Positions 1 through 7,981 of a DNA stretch of 64,000 nt are shown here, one piece after another; the stretch's first letter is position 1; the number at the start of each line of letters is the position of its first letter. The DNA is taken from IMG/VR virus record IMGVR_UViG_3300047409_000726, positions 16,265 through 80,264 of that record; one strand, written 5' to 3'. Source of the DNA: a virus. The notes beneath the pieces are model-generated. The model was not told where the DNA came from. It made no database searches and saw only the letters and a list, made by a program, of their open reading frames with translations. The position numbers and the translations under genes are program-made.

Positions 1-140
1 GCGCGCTCCACGTAGAACCGGACGTCATCGTTCCGGATCGCGCCGGGCAGTTAGTCGTTTTTCCGCAGAGCCTCTGGCACTGGGTTCCTAGCGTCGACGT
101 CGAGCGTGTGACGATCGCTGCGAACCTCTAACCCCTCTCA

Positions 141-1037
141 TCAGATCGCCTCTTGTACTTCGGGGCCCATACTCTTGAAGTGAAGCGCCCACGTGCGCGG
201 GAACGCCTTCGAAATAGCGTCACCGACGCACCAGGCATACTGTCGGATCTCGAACTGCGCGTGCGGATCCATGCGAAGCGTGAGAAACGCGAGCCAGTTA
301 CGAAGGTTTCCGGTCGCGCGCATTCGCGAGTAGCGAGCAACGGGCGTGTCGATGCGCGCTATCTCCTTCGCGACGCCGTAGGAAAGCATCTGTTCGTAGG
401 TCGCGTAGACACGCTGTTGTTCCTCGCGAATCATCTCTTGGATACTCTCAGCGGCAACGCGCTCATAATCGTTCGCTCGTAGTCCGGGGATTTCGAGCGC
501 GCCCTTGCCACTCGCTTGCCGGTTCCCGCTCTTCTTCGCCGAGTCTACGATGCGCCGAACGCTCGGCACGTAGTGCAGGTTCGGCATCTGCACATACCGA
601 GCGCTCATCTCGCTGTACGACTGCGTCCGGTGCCGGTGCCACTCGCGGTACACCATGATCGGCGCTTGGCACTCGATCGTGAGCCCGGCGAACTCGAACG
701 GGGTCGAGTGCTTGTGCTCGTAGAGGTACGCGAGGAGCTTCGCGTCGCCGGGGATCGATCCTTTGCCGCCACAGTCGTGACAACTGTGGCGCTCGTCACT
801 CACTGAATCTTTGAGCTCCCCTTCTCCTGTTCCGTTGCAACTCGGGCACGGGCCCGGCTCCCAACCTAGGAATCCCTTGTCCGTCGACATGCGCGCCGTC
901 TCGATGATCTCCTCGTCGGAGCCCCAAGTGCGCTTCACCTTGAGATAGCCACGGTCGAGCACGTCGTAGCTGAGGTTGTCGCGCAATCGCCACTCTCGTT
1001 CACCTTCGTATGGAGCGTTTTCTACGTGAAGTTTCAT
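141..1037 (-). CDS. thyX: FAD-dependent thymidylate synthase ThyX with inserted CxxCxGxG zinc finger
   Basis: HSTPFEF, REWHRHR, SYSEMSARY and HAQFEIR motifs. Confidence 0.93.
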   Translation of the reverse strand: MKLHVENAPYEGEREWRLRDNLSYDVLDRGYLKVKRTWGSDEEIIETARMSTDKGFLGWEPGPCPSCNGTGEGELKDSVSDERHSCHDCGGKGSIPGDAKLLAYLYEHKHSTPFEFAGLTIECQAPIMVYREWHRHRTQSYSEMSARYVQMPNLHYVPSVRRIVDSAKKSGNRQASGKGALEIPGLRANDYERVAAESIQEMIREEQQRVYATYEQMLSYGVAKEIARIDTPVARYSRMRATGNLRNWLAFLTLRMDPHAQFEIRQYAWCVGDAISKAFPRTWALHFKSMGPEVQEAI

Positions 1038-1147
1038 ATTCTTCTCCTATCGCTCGGCGTCCAGCCGAGAAAGTACAGACTACGTTGAGCTCCGGCGAAG
1101 TCGCCGCTGATCTTTGACCATCTCGTTCCGTCGCGTGATCGTGATTC

Positions 1148-1879
1148 TCATCTGAACAACCACTGTTCGATCTCATACGTAACGGCCAACTCCAGACCGG
1201 TGAGCGTGCCACCGTTCACGATCACACCATCGAACTCAGAATCCGGAATCGAAGTTTGCTCGGTCTCGCTTCGGTGCTGTCCGGCGCTTCCAGAGAGCCC
1301 GGCGTTCGGTCGCGTGATGCGAATGAGCTTGCCGCCGGCAGTTTTGATCGCGTCGACCTCGTTCTCGAAACGAACATCCGGGATCACGACGCTCGCTTTC
1401 CAGTTCTCATCTCCAGGGCGCCAGTCGTGCGACAACCCGCTCACGTTCGTGTAACTGTAGCCACCTTCGACGTCGAGCTTCTTCGCGACACCGATCGCGT
1501 AGTCGACCCACGTGCTCGAGTAGCAGACTCGGCCCCACTCACTTCCGAGCTGTTGGAGTGCAAACCTCGGCGTGAGGTAGCAAGGATTCTGCTTCCCGCG
1601 TGCTATCGCTTCTGGGAGTGTGTACCCGCTCGTTTTCAATCCGCAACAAGCGCAACTGCCGTCACGATACGGCCCATGCTCTCGCGGGAGCCGCTCATCG
1701 GGCGCGTTCCGCGCCGAGCTTCGACCCCACATCTGGTCGAACGAGAAGCCGTAGACGTCACGGCAGATGCGCTTCATCGGATCAGCGAAGCTCACCTTCA
1801 CGAAACCGTGCTTTCGAACGAGGAAGTCCGCGCACGTGTCCTTGCCGCTGTTCGACAATCCGGAAATACCTATGATCAT
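1148..1879 (-). CDS. Deoxynucleoside monophosphate kinase
   Basis: IIGISGLSNSGKDT P-loop, SFADPMK, TPRFALQQLGSEWGR, DVRFENE, HRSE. Confidence 0.88.
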   Translation of the reverse strand: MIIGISGLSNSGKDTCADFLVRKHGFVKVSFADPMKRICRDVYGFSFDQMWGRSSARNAPDERLPREHGPYRDGSCACCGLKTSGYTLPEAIARGKQNPCYLTPRFALQQLGSEWGRVCYSSTWVDYAIGVAKKLDVEGGYSYTNVSGLSHDWRPGDENWKASVVIPDVRFENEVDAIKTAGGKLIRITRPNAGLSGSAGQHRSETEQTSIPDSEFDGVIVNGGTLTGLELAVTYEIEQWLFR

Positions 1880-1888
1880 GTGTTTGCC

Positions 1889-1987
1889 CTATCCTTCGGC
1901 CAACGACCTAACGCCGGAATTCTCGCTCCAGTTATCCCAACGGAGTTGCACCGCTTCGACGACCACAGGTTTCTTTCGGAACTTCAT
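1889..1987 (-). pseudogene. Truncated remnant of a common phage protein (MKFRKKPVVVEAVQ...)
   Basis: Recognisable N-terminus but stops after 32 aa; start overlaps the upstream stop. Confidence 0.5.
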
Positions 1988-2346
1988 CGCGGCCTCCCCG
2001 AGTTCGCGAACTTCTCTTGCGCCTCGATGGCGAGATCGAGACACTCGAGCACGTCGAGGCCGAGATCGTCGATCCAGCGGATGGTCGAGAAGACGATGTT
2101 GCCGAGCTCTTTCTTGAGCTCGCGCTGGTACTCGTCTAGGGTCGGAGCACTACTTCGCGCGAGCCGCGCCAAGTCGCCGACACCGATCATGAGGCGTATG
2201 ACGACGCCGGCCAGTTGGAGCTTGTGCAATTCGCCGTTGCCCCAAATCTGCCGCGCCTGCACTTTGAGCGCCAAGAGCCCAGCGCGTACGTCCGCACGCA
2301 CCTGCGGATGTTTTCGAATGTCGATTTCCATTCCGTCGTAGTTCAT
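1984..2346 (-). CDS. MazG-like nucleotide pyrophosphohydrolase-fold protein
   Basis: Helical; VGDLAR...ELKKELGNIVFS pattern. Confidence 0.55.
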   Translation of the reverse strand: MNYDGMEIDIRKHPQVRADVRAGLLALKVQARQIWGNGELHKLQLAGVVIRLMIGVGDLARLARSSAPTLDEYQRELKKELGNIVFSTIRWIDDLGLDVLECLDLAIEAQEKFANSGRPR

Positions 2347-2966
2347 CTCGATGCTCTCCTTCGTGCTTTCTGCTCGGCTTTGAGTTGCACTCGCATACGC
2401 TCGTCCGTCCTTTTCAAGCTGGCGATCGTTTCGACGTGTTTCTCGATGATCTCGCGCTGCGCGCGGTTCGTCGCCTCGAGCGAGCGATACGCCTTGAGCA
2501 CGACGAGCACGAGCGTGGGTTCTACGACGCCTTCACGCTTCTCGATTTCGGCGAGCATCGCGTCGACCGGGCGGATGACGGGCTCGGGGCGCTTTCGCTC
2601 ATGCCACACGCCGAGCTCCGGGTGCATCTTGCCGCCGGTCAGTGTGCGCCAAACCCAATCGAACGCGATGGCGCTCGGCGCGTCCTTGGCGATGCGGCTC
2701 TTCTTGCCGTGCGAGTAGCGCAAGCCGTCGTCGCCGTCGTTGTCCGAACCCGTCAACACCGCCACAAAGTGCGAAGGGCCTAAGCTGACATCGCCAGGGT
2801 GGCACTGACGAACCTGGACGCGGTAGGTGAACCTCGTCCCCGTCCGACGGCTCTGGAACGTCACGTGGGCGCTTCCAGCGAGCAGGAACCGGACGGTCAC
2901 GGCGGGGTCGACGAGCTCGGCGCGAGGACCTGGTTGATCGTCGAGAATCGTCATTTGCTGGAGCAT
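2343..2966 (-). CDS. Phage hypothetical protein, apparently deleted or fused
   Basis: LAGSAHVTFQSRRTGTRFTYRV, VLTGSDN, DAPSAIAF, VWHE motifs, then a coiled-coil tail. Confidence 0.55.
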   Translation of the reverse strand: MLQQMTILDDQPGPRAELVDPAVTVRFLLAGSAHVTFQSRRTGTRFTYRVQVRQCHPGDVSLGPSHFVAVLTGSDNDGDDGLRYSHGKKSRIAKDAPSAIAFDWVWRTLTGGKMHPELGVWHERKRPEPVIRPVDAMLAEIEKREGVVEPTLVLVVLKAYRSLEATNRAQREIIEKHVETIASLKRTDERMRVQLKAEQKARRRASR

Positions 2967-3149
2967 ATTTCTGAGACGGGCGGCACCGCCTTCTATTCAC
3001 CTACCGTACACTTTTTTTGGAGAGGTTCGGGGGTCAATCACCCCGTTCTGGTTTTTCGCCATTTTTCGTGACGAAAATACCTGGAATCATTTTCGGCATT
3101 TATTTCGTTAAATCTTGACTGGAATGATTGTGGTGATGATTTAATTTAA

Positions 3150-3272
3150 GTGACTGTGTGACTCTAGGTGACTCAGTTTTGGTTATCGTTCCGAAAAAAT
3201 AAAAACGGACCCCTGATTTGGAAAAATCCCGAAGCGCCTCTTGGGGAGAGTCACCTAGAGTCACTGAGTCAC
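3150..3272. repeat. 25-bp inverted repeat, each arm with three GTGACT units; candidate replication origin
   Basis: 3150-3174 gtgactgtgtgactctaggtgactc vs 3248-3272 gagtcacctagagtcactgagtcac (2 mismatches) in an AT-rich gap downstream of the primase. Confidence 0.7.
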
Positions 3273-3866
3273 CTGCGGGCTTTTCCACTGCATGTGGTTG
3301 CTGGCGTTGGCCCAGCGCCGATCAAAGTAGTCTTTGACGAAGCCGAGGTGACCGCCTTTGCCGTTGCTAACGCACCCGGTGACGGAACATCGACAACCTT
3401 TTCCGTGTGTGCTGTCGTGGAAGAACGATGCCTTTTTACACTCGATGCAGTTGAAAAATTGGACGGAGCTCCATTCGTTCGTTGTTGGTGAGTAACCAAA
3501 ACCGAAGATGTGGTCGTCAGGGAAGAAAAAAGTTTCGGAATCGTCGTCGAACTGATCGCTGTAGTGGAGGGTTGCTCCGGCGATCACGATCTCTCCTTCC
3601 CAACCGGAGTGAAGGATTTTGTTTTTGTGTGGTTTCAGTTCTTCGAACGTTGTCGACGATTTGATCTCAACTAACACCGGAGTTTTTAGCTTCAGGATGA
3701 AGTCTGGGATGTAGCCGTTCAGATCGATCGGCTCGTAGTCCCATGCCCACGTTAGGGCGTCGAACATCGCCGCCCATCGTGCTTCGATGCGACTCCTGAA
3801 TTGAACGCCTTCGTATTTTGTAGGAATGCCTTTGTTCATGGTGTTTTTATTCGTGCGACGAACCAC
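3261..3866 (-). CDS. PD-(D/E)XK-family nuclease-like protein
   Basis: FRSRIEARWA, YEP, YIPDF, VEIK motifs. Confidence 0.7.
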   Translation of the reverse strand: MVRRTNKNTMNKGIPTKYEGVQFRSRIEARWAAMFDALTWAWDYEPIDLNGYIPDFILKLKTPVLVEIKSSTTFEELKPHKNKILHSGWEGEIVIAGATLHYSDQFDDDSETFFFPDDHIFGFGYSPTTNEWSSVQFFNCIECKKASFFHDSTHGKGCRCSVTGCVSNGKGGHLGFVKDYFDRRWANASNHMQWKSPQVTQ

Positions 3867-6223
3867 GGAGTGCCTCCGCCTTGTTTCGGTCGGTGGTCGA
3901 ACATGCGGCCTCCGACGTTTTGTTTTTTGTGTTTTTTAAGTTTCGCGCCGACTTCTCTCGCTGTGAGTTTTTCGGGTGCGCATTCACAGAGTTCGGCGAG
4001 GGCTGTCTTGAGTTCTAGGTGTGCGAACGCCGTTGCACCTATTTCGTTCAGAAGATCCGAAACAAGTGTGGGCTTGCCGAGTTTCTCCCACGCAACAAGA
4101 ACTTTTTCGAGAACACTAACTTCAGAGTCTCCAGATTCCACGAGCTCAGCACGACCGACGTAGGGATCGGGCATGTCTGACCACACGAGCGCGCCGCGGA
4201 TGATACGGCTCCAGTTTTCGAAGCTTCCCCACGATGAAAGTTTTTGGTCGGGACATCCGGCGGCGAAGTAGGCGCGCAAGATGGTGAGCACGGCGACGAC
4301 GAGCGTCGGACGAACTTTGTTTACATGAGGTAAGAGTGGGTAGTACTTGAAGCCGCCCCGATCTTCGGGATGTTCCATAAAGGACTCGAGCCGGACGTGA
4401 AGGGCGCGTCGGATGAGCTCGGTCGACAAGGTGAGGTTCTTCGCCGTGATGAGCCAGAGCGCTCGCATTGGCATCGGGATCATCTCAGAGACCCCGAGCT
4501 TGCGTTCAGAAATAGTGCCGCTCGTGATCGTTGACGCAAGCACGGCAGAGTTGAGAGAGCCTTCTAGGTTATCAAGCAGTACGACAGAGTCACCGGAGAT
4601 TGCGAGCGCGAGGATTCGTTTTCTCATTTCTGTTTCGTCGGCTAGCGCTATTTTTGGGAGTCCTCTGCCTGAGCAGACTGTACCGATGATGTCAGCGAGC
4701 ATTCCTGCGCCGGCTCCGTTCACGTTCTTGTCGAGAAGTCCGAACGGAATTGGGCCATCGATTGCAGGACGAGCGAACGGCGTGAGAAGGAGAGCTAACC
4801 ACGCGGAAACGTGTTCGTCTGTTTGCCAAGGAAACTCGTCGATGACGTCCAGGAGTGTAAGAATTGAGCTTCGTGCGTCGTCAATGGTTGGTTCGGTAGG
4901 AACGGGTGGGTAGTCCGCGTTCGGTTCGTAGAAAATGCCCGTCATCCGATCGTAGCCGGGTGTGTCGAGTATCGTGCCGTCTGGACGAAACACCGGGGAC
5001 TCTGCAACGGTTTCGAGATAACGAACCCCGGGCCATTCTCCGCGTTTGTGAAGTTCGTTGACAGGATCGTCCGGGACGCTGCATTGAACGAGTTTCGGGA
5101 TGCCGTCGCTTCCGGTCTTCCAACGTTGGAACAGGCAGACATGCGAAGCAAGTGCGCGGGTTCGTTCTTTTGGTATTGCAGAGATTCGTGGCGATTCGGG
5201 TTCGCGCACGATGTCGTCTTCTTTGGTTTTAACGTCGTCGCGGAGGATCTGTACGAGCTTCCATCCGCGTTTGAAAACGTTCGGTAGTTTTGCGATTGGC
5301 GAGAGCATTTGATCGGCGATTTCGAGTTCGTCGAAGCCGATGGTGATGGCTATTTTTTCTGTGTCGGTAGGAAGAGAAGGTTGAACGGGTGCGAGCCATT
5401 TCCTTATCTTTTTTACGAGCTTTTCTCCACCAACGCCGCCTCCGAGTGGCCGGTCTTTAATCAGGTCTTTTACTTTCCCCCATCTCGTGACGTTTTCGCC
5501 CGCGTCCATTTTTTCTTTCGTGCCGGTGACGCTCGCGCTGCGCGCTTTTGGGTTGTCCGAGCCTCCGGCCCAGGCGACGAGGTAGACGAAGAGCTCGGCA
5601 TGCTCCGGTGTCCAACCTTCTTGAAGAAGGCCACCGCCAAGTGCGAGACAAAAATCGTGACGACCTTTTGCTGGAAAATATCTTGCGAGAAGACACGCCG
5701 CTGCGAGTTTTTTGACGGCTTCTTCAAGCTTCTTGGCGTCGACGACCGGAATTTTCGTTACGTCGCAACCGTCTTCGAAGTCGATGAACTCGCCCGAGAC
5801 GTGGTGGCTTCCTGGAAACACCGTCTGTACGCCGCCCGTGCGCAGCTCGACGATCGTGCCGCCGTTGGGATCTTCGAACTTTTGGTGTTTCGGAACGTTC
5901 GAGAAGTAGAGCCAATGTGATGCGCGCTTCGATGCACGGCCGAACCTGCCCGACGTCGCAGGTAAGAAGTACGGTGCAAGTGCGAGCGCTTCGGGGCAAT
6001 CGATGTCGATGTCGACTAGACCCTTGGACGCTTCGCCGAGAATGATGCCTATGTTTTGCGGGATGCCGTTGAAGTACTGCGGCGCGGTCTCGTGAGTGAT
6101 CCGCAGGTTTGTCCAGTCCGGGAGTGTCGGCCCTTTCTCACGGTATGGGATGGGCACCGGCTGCCATCCCAGATTTATGTATTCGATCGCTAGATCGAAA
6201 ACCGTGAAGGGTGATGACGACAC
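3836..6223 (-). CDS. Bifunctional primase/polymerase (prim-pol) with C-terminal helicase-like domain
   Basis: N-terminal PIPYREKGP, NIGI, DIDID, TVFPGSHH; C-terminal GAGAG / LLDN degenerate P-loop region. Confidence 0.82.
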   Translation of the reverse strand: MSSSPFTVFDLAIEYINLGWQPVPIPYREKGPTLPDWTNLRITHETAPQYFNGIPQNIGIILGEASKGLVDIDIDCPEALALAPYFLPATSGRFGRASKRASHWLYFSNVPKHQKFEDPNGGTIVELRTGGVQTVFPGSHHVSGEFIDFEDGCDVTKIPVVDAKKLEEAVKKLAAACLLARYFPAKGRHDFCLALGGGLLQEGWTPEHAELFVYLVAWAGGSDNPKARSASVTGTKEKMDAGENVTRWGKVKDLIKDRPLGGGVGGEKLVKKIRKWLAPVQPSLPTDTEKIAITIGFDELEIADQMLSPIAKLPNVFKRGWKLVQILRDDVKTKEDDIVREPESPRISAIPKERTRALASHVCLFQRWKTGSDGIPKLVQCSVPDDPVNELHKRGEWPGVRYLETVAESPVFRPDGTILDTPGYDRMTGIFYEPNADYPPVPTEPTIDDARSSILTLLDVIDEFPWQTDEHVSAWLALLLTPFARPAIDGPIPFGLLDKNVNGAGAGMLADIIGTVCSGRGLPKIALADETEMRKRILALAISGDSVVLLDNLEGSLNSAVLASTITSGTISERKLGVSEMIPMPMRALWLITAKNLTLSTELIRRALHVRLESFMEHPEDRGGFKYYPLLPHVNKVRPTLVVAVLTILRAYFAAGCPDQKLSSWGSFENWSRIIRGALVWSDMPDPYVGRAELVESGDSEVSVLEKVLVAWEKLGKPTLVSDLLNEIGATAFAHLELKTALAELCECAPEKLTAREVGAKLKKHKKQNVGGRMFDHRPKQGGGTPWFVARIKTP

Positions 6224-6411
6224 GCGAGGGCAGTCCTCCTACGGGGGCAAGTTCCCCCCGGCCGTCATTTACCGCGCGAGGTACCAGCGACAGGTTCACG
6301 ACGGACGAGGGATTCATGGAGGTACACGAGAAAAGAAACCGAGTCCAGATATTCTCAGGCTCTAGAGAAAAAACTTGACGACCTGGTCGGGGTAACGGAT
6401 AACGCAGAGGA

Positions 6412-7863
6412 ATGGGTGCGCTCTTCGTTTCGGCGTCGGAGATTGAAGTTTGGGATTTGTGTCCGAGGAAATGGGCGTTTGGTTACATCGAAGGCCGGCG
6501 CTTGCCTCCGAACGAGTCCGCGGCTTTGGGCACTCGAGTTCACGCGATTCTCGAGAAGTGGCTCAAGGAAGGTGCGGCTCCCGACCTGCTAACGAACGAA
6601 GGTGAGATCGCTGCTTCTGGTTTGCATTTTCTTCCACCGCCTCGGACGCCGACGCTCGTCACCGAGGAGAAATTTTCGTTCACGAGCCAGCGTGCTTGGT
6701 ATACGGGTTTTAAGGATTTTCGATACCGCGACGCTAATGGTTTGCTCCACGTGGGGGATCACAAGACAACCAAGGCGTTCACTTGGGCCAAGACATTGGA
6801 CGAGATTCTTTGCCACCCGCAGGCGCTTGTTTACGCAGTCGACGAGTTTTTCCGAAACCCGAACGACGATCGCCTTGCCCTCGATTGGATCTATTACAAA
6901 ACGACGGGTTCGCGGAAAGCAGAGCTTCGTTCTCAGATCGTGACCAAAGATGTGGTTGCCGAGATGTTTTTCGAGCACGTGGATCCGGTTGCGGGGCACA
7001 TCACGCAAATGCACGATGCGCCGCCCGGCACGTCCGCGCTCGAGTTCCCTCCCGACTTCCGAGCGTGCGATGCGTTCGGAGGCTGCGCATTTTTGAGTAT
7101 TTGTAACCCGACCCCAACACAGAGAGTTCAAGCAACCATGACCCAGGCAGGAATGTCCCTCACCGACAAGCTCAAGGCGATGAAGGCGGGCCGAGCGCCG
7201 AGCCCAATCCACCCTCCGGAGGCGTACCAGGCGCCCGCAGGGCCCGCGGCGGCGCCGCAGATGCCCCAAGTGCCGGCGATGCCACCTCAGATGCAGTTCG
7301 CCCTTCCGACGCCTCAGGGCGCGCCTGTGGCGCCGCAGGCGCAGCAACAGTTCTATCCTCCTGTCGAGGGCCAGGCAGCGCCCTTAGCGCTTCAGCCCGT
7401 GTCAGGGCCAGGGATGGCTCCTCAGGTACCTTTCCAACCTGTTGCCGCGCCCCAGCCCCCGCCCGCACCGGCGGCGACGCCCGAGCCCCCGGCGACGCCG
7501 GCCGCTCCCAAGAAGCGCGGACGCCCGAAAGGGTCGACGGCCGAGGCCGCACAGAATGAGGGCGGCTTTACCCTCTACGTCGGCTGCGCGCCGATCGGCA
7601 GTCACGTGACGAACGCTCTCGAGTACGTGAACGCCGCGCACGATCAACTGAGAGCGGCTCGTGGTGTCACCCACTACCGGGAAATGGAGTACGGCAAAGG
7701 TCCGAGCGAGCTCTGCGCGGCGCTCGAGGCGCTCCTCGCGCTCTGTGAAGGGACCCCGAACGCGCCCGCGGGCGACGTCGTGCTCGGCGGCGCGCAGATC
7801 GAGGAAGACACGGCGTCGGTTTGGTTCTCAAAGGCGGCGAAGATCGTGAGGGCGTTTCGGTGA
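6412..7863 (+). CDS. PD-(D/E)XK (Cas4/RecB-like) exonuclease with Pro-rich linker and AT-hook
   Basis: SAS...CPRKW, LGTRVHAILE, GFKD, DHKT, QALVY, CDAFGGC...C; KKRGRPKG. Confidence 0.78.
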   Translation: MGALFVSASEIEVWDLCPRKWAFGYIEGRRLPPNESAALGTRVHAILEKWLKEGAAPDLLTNEGEIAASGLHFLPPPRTPTLVTEEKFSFTSQRAWYTGFKDFRYRDANGLLHVGDHKTTKAFTWAKTLDEILCHPQALVYAVDEFFRNPNDDRLALDWIYYKTTGSRKAELRSQIVTKDVVAEMFFEHVDPVAGHITQMHDAPPGTSALEFPPDFRACDAFGGCAFLSICNPTPTQRVQATMTQAGMSLTDKLKAMKAGRAPSPIHPPEAYQAPAGPAAAPQMPQVPAMPPQMQFALPTPQGAPVAPQAQQQFYPPVEGQAAPLALQPVSGPGMAPQVPFQPVAAPQPPPAPAATPEPPATPAAPKKRGRPKGSTAEAAQNEGGFTLYVGCAPIGSHVTNALEYVNAAHDQLRAARGVTHYREMEYGKGPSELCAALEALLALCEGTPNAPAGDVVLGGAQIEEDTASVWFSKAAKIVRAFR

Positions 7864-7981
7864 TAGTCGGTCCCGCACCGCCATCGCAAGCGGAGATTCG
7901 TTTCGAACGCGATACAACTCTCGTAGATTTTCAGTTTTTCGTGCAAGCAATCACAAGAGGCGATTTCAAATTTGCGCTCGA

